Assembly: GCF_009914755.1 (NCBI RefSeq)
Contig: NC_060940.1
DNA: 64,000 nucleotides
Direction: 5' to 3' (one strand)
Origin: the human T2T-CHM13v2.0 reference genome, Homo sapiens
Made by a program: the position numbers and the translations under genes. The notes beneath the pieces were generated by a model. The model searched no databases, was not told the origin of the DNA, and saw only the letters and a list, made by a program, of their open reading frames with translations. Shown here one piece after another: positions 63,338 through 64,000 of this stretch (within the stretch, counting starts at the first letter, position 1; each line of letters begins with the position of its first letter).

Positions 63338-64000
63338 GTAGATGTGTAGATCTCCGTCCTTCATTTCTGTCATTCAAGCTCAACGGCTATTGTGGTGACA
63401 TTTTTATGTTTTTCATTGCCAAGTTGCATCCATGTTTGATTTTCTGATGAGACTAGAGTGACAGTGTTTCAGAACCCAAATGTCCTCAGGTAGTTTGGAG
63501 CATCTCTATGAGATGGGATTATGCAGATGGCCTATGGAAAATGCAGCTGCATAATTAACACATTATCAAAGTCCTCTTACAATTTATTTTCCGCAGCATG
63601 TCAGCTAAGTAGACCCAATGGGGAGAGAAAATGCCTGCTTTCTTTCCCTCTTTTTCTGCACTGCCATATTCACCCCCAACCATCCAATCTGTGGATAATT
63701 GGATGTTAGCGGTACTCTTCCACTTCCGGGCCTGGAGCTTGGCTTGTATCCAAGTGTATGGTTGCTTTGCCTAAGAGGAATCCCTCTATTTCACCTGTTC
63801 TGGAGGCACCAGACCTTGAAAAGAACATGCTCAAAATAAAATGTTATCTGTTATTTTTGTAAACTCAAAGTTAAGATGATCAAAGTTCTAAAATTCCAAG
63901 AATGTGCTTTTAGACGGTCTCAATCTAAAAGCACTTCAAGGGGTCAAAGGGCAACCAGCTTGGGTGCTACCTCAGTGTTGTAGTTTCTGATACTTTATGT
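63338..64000 (+). other. PRKCB: betaII 3' UTR (intronic for betaI), continues past the window end
   Basis: Repeat-free sequence directly after the TAA stop. Confidence 0.85.
63835..63840 (+). terminator. Candidate proximal polyadenylation signal AATAAA
   Basis: AATAAA about 500 nt after the stop, followed by U/GU-rich tgttatctgttatttttgt. Confidence 0.5.

Overview
This is human (primate) genomic DNA covering the 3' part of PRKCB (protein kinase C beta), transcribed on the + strand. Eight coding exons with canonical AG/GT boundaries splice into one 957-nt frame encoding kinase-domain residues V356-S673. The frame ends in the PKC-betaII-specific C-terminal exon (63179-63337). The betaI terminal exon is not in the window and is expected further downstream. 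About 98% of the window is intron, rich in Alu, MIR, L2, MaLR LTR (THE1/MST/MLT1), hAT (MER5/MER103) and L1 fragments. The last intron carries the Alu-derived MIR1273H hairpin. I found no evidence of a new protein-coding or defence-type system, and the other ORFs in the track are repeat-derived or noise. The most unusual structures are an Alu flanked by a ~172-bp direct repeat, a self-inverted Alu forming the miRNA hairpin, a 125-bp copy of nearby unique sequence inside an old DNA transposon, a ~320-bp tandem duplication across a THE1 LTR junction, nested and abutting inverted Alus, and the splice/polyA layout of the betaII exon. Exon coordinates were counted by hand. Repeat boundaries and family names are approximate and by eye; exon and residue numbering are from memory of PRKCB.
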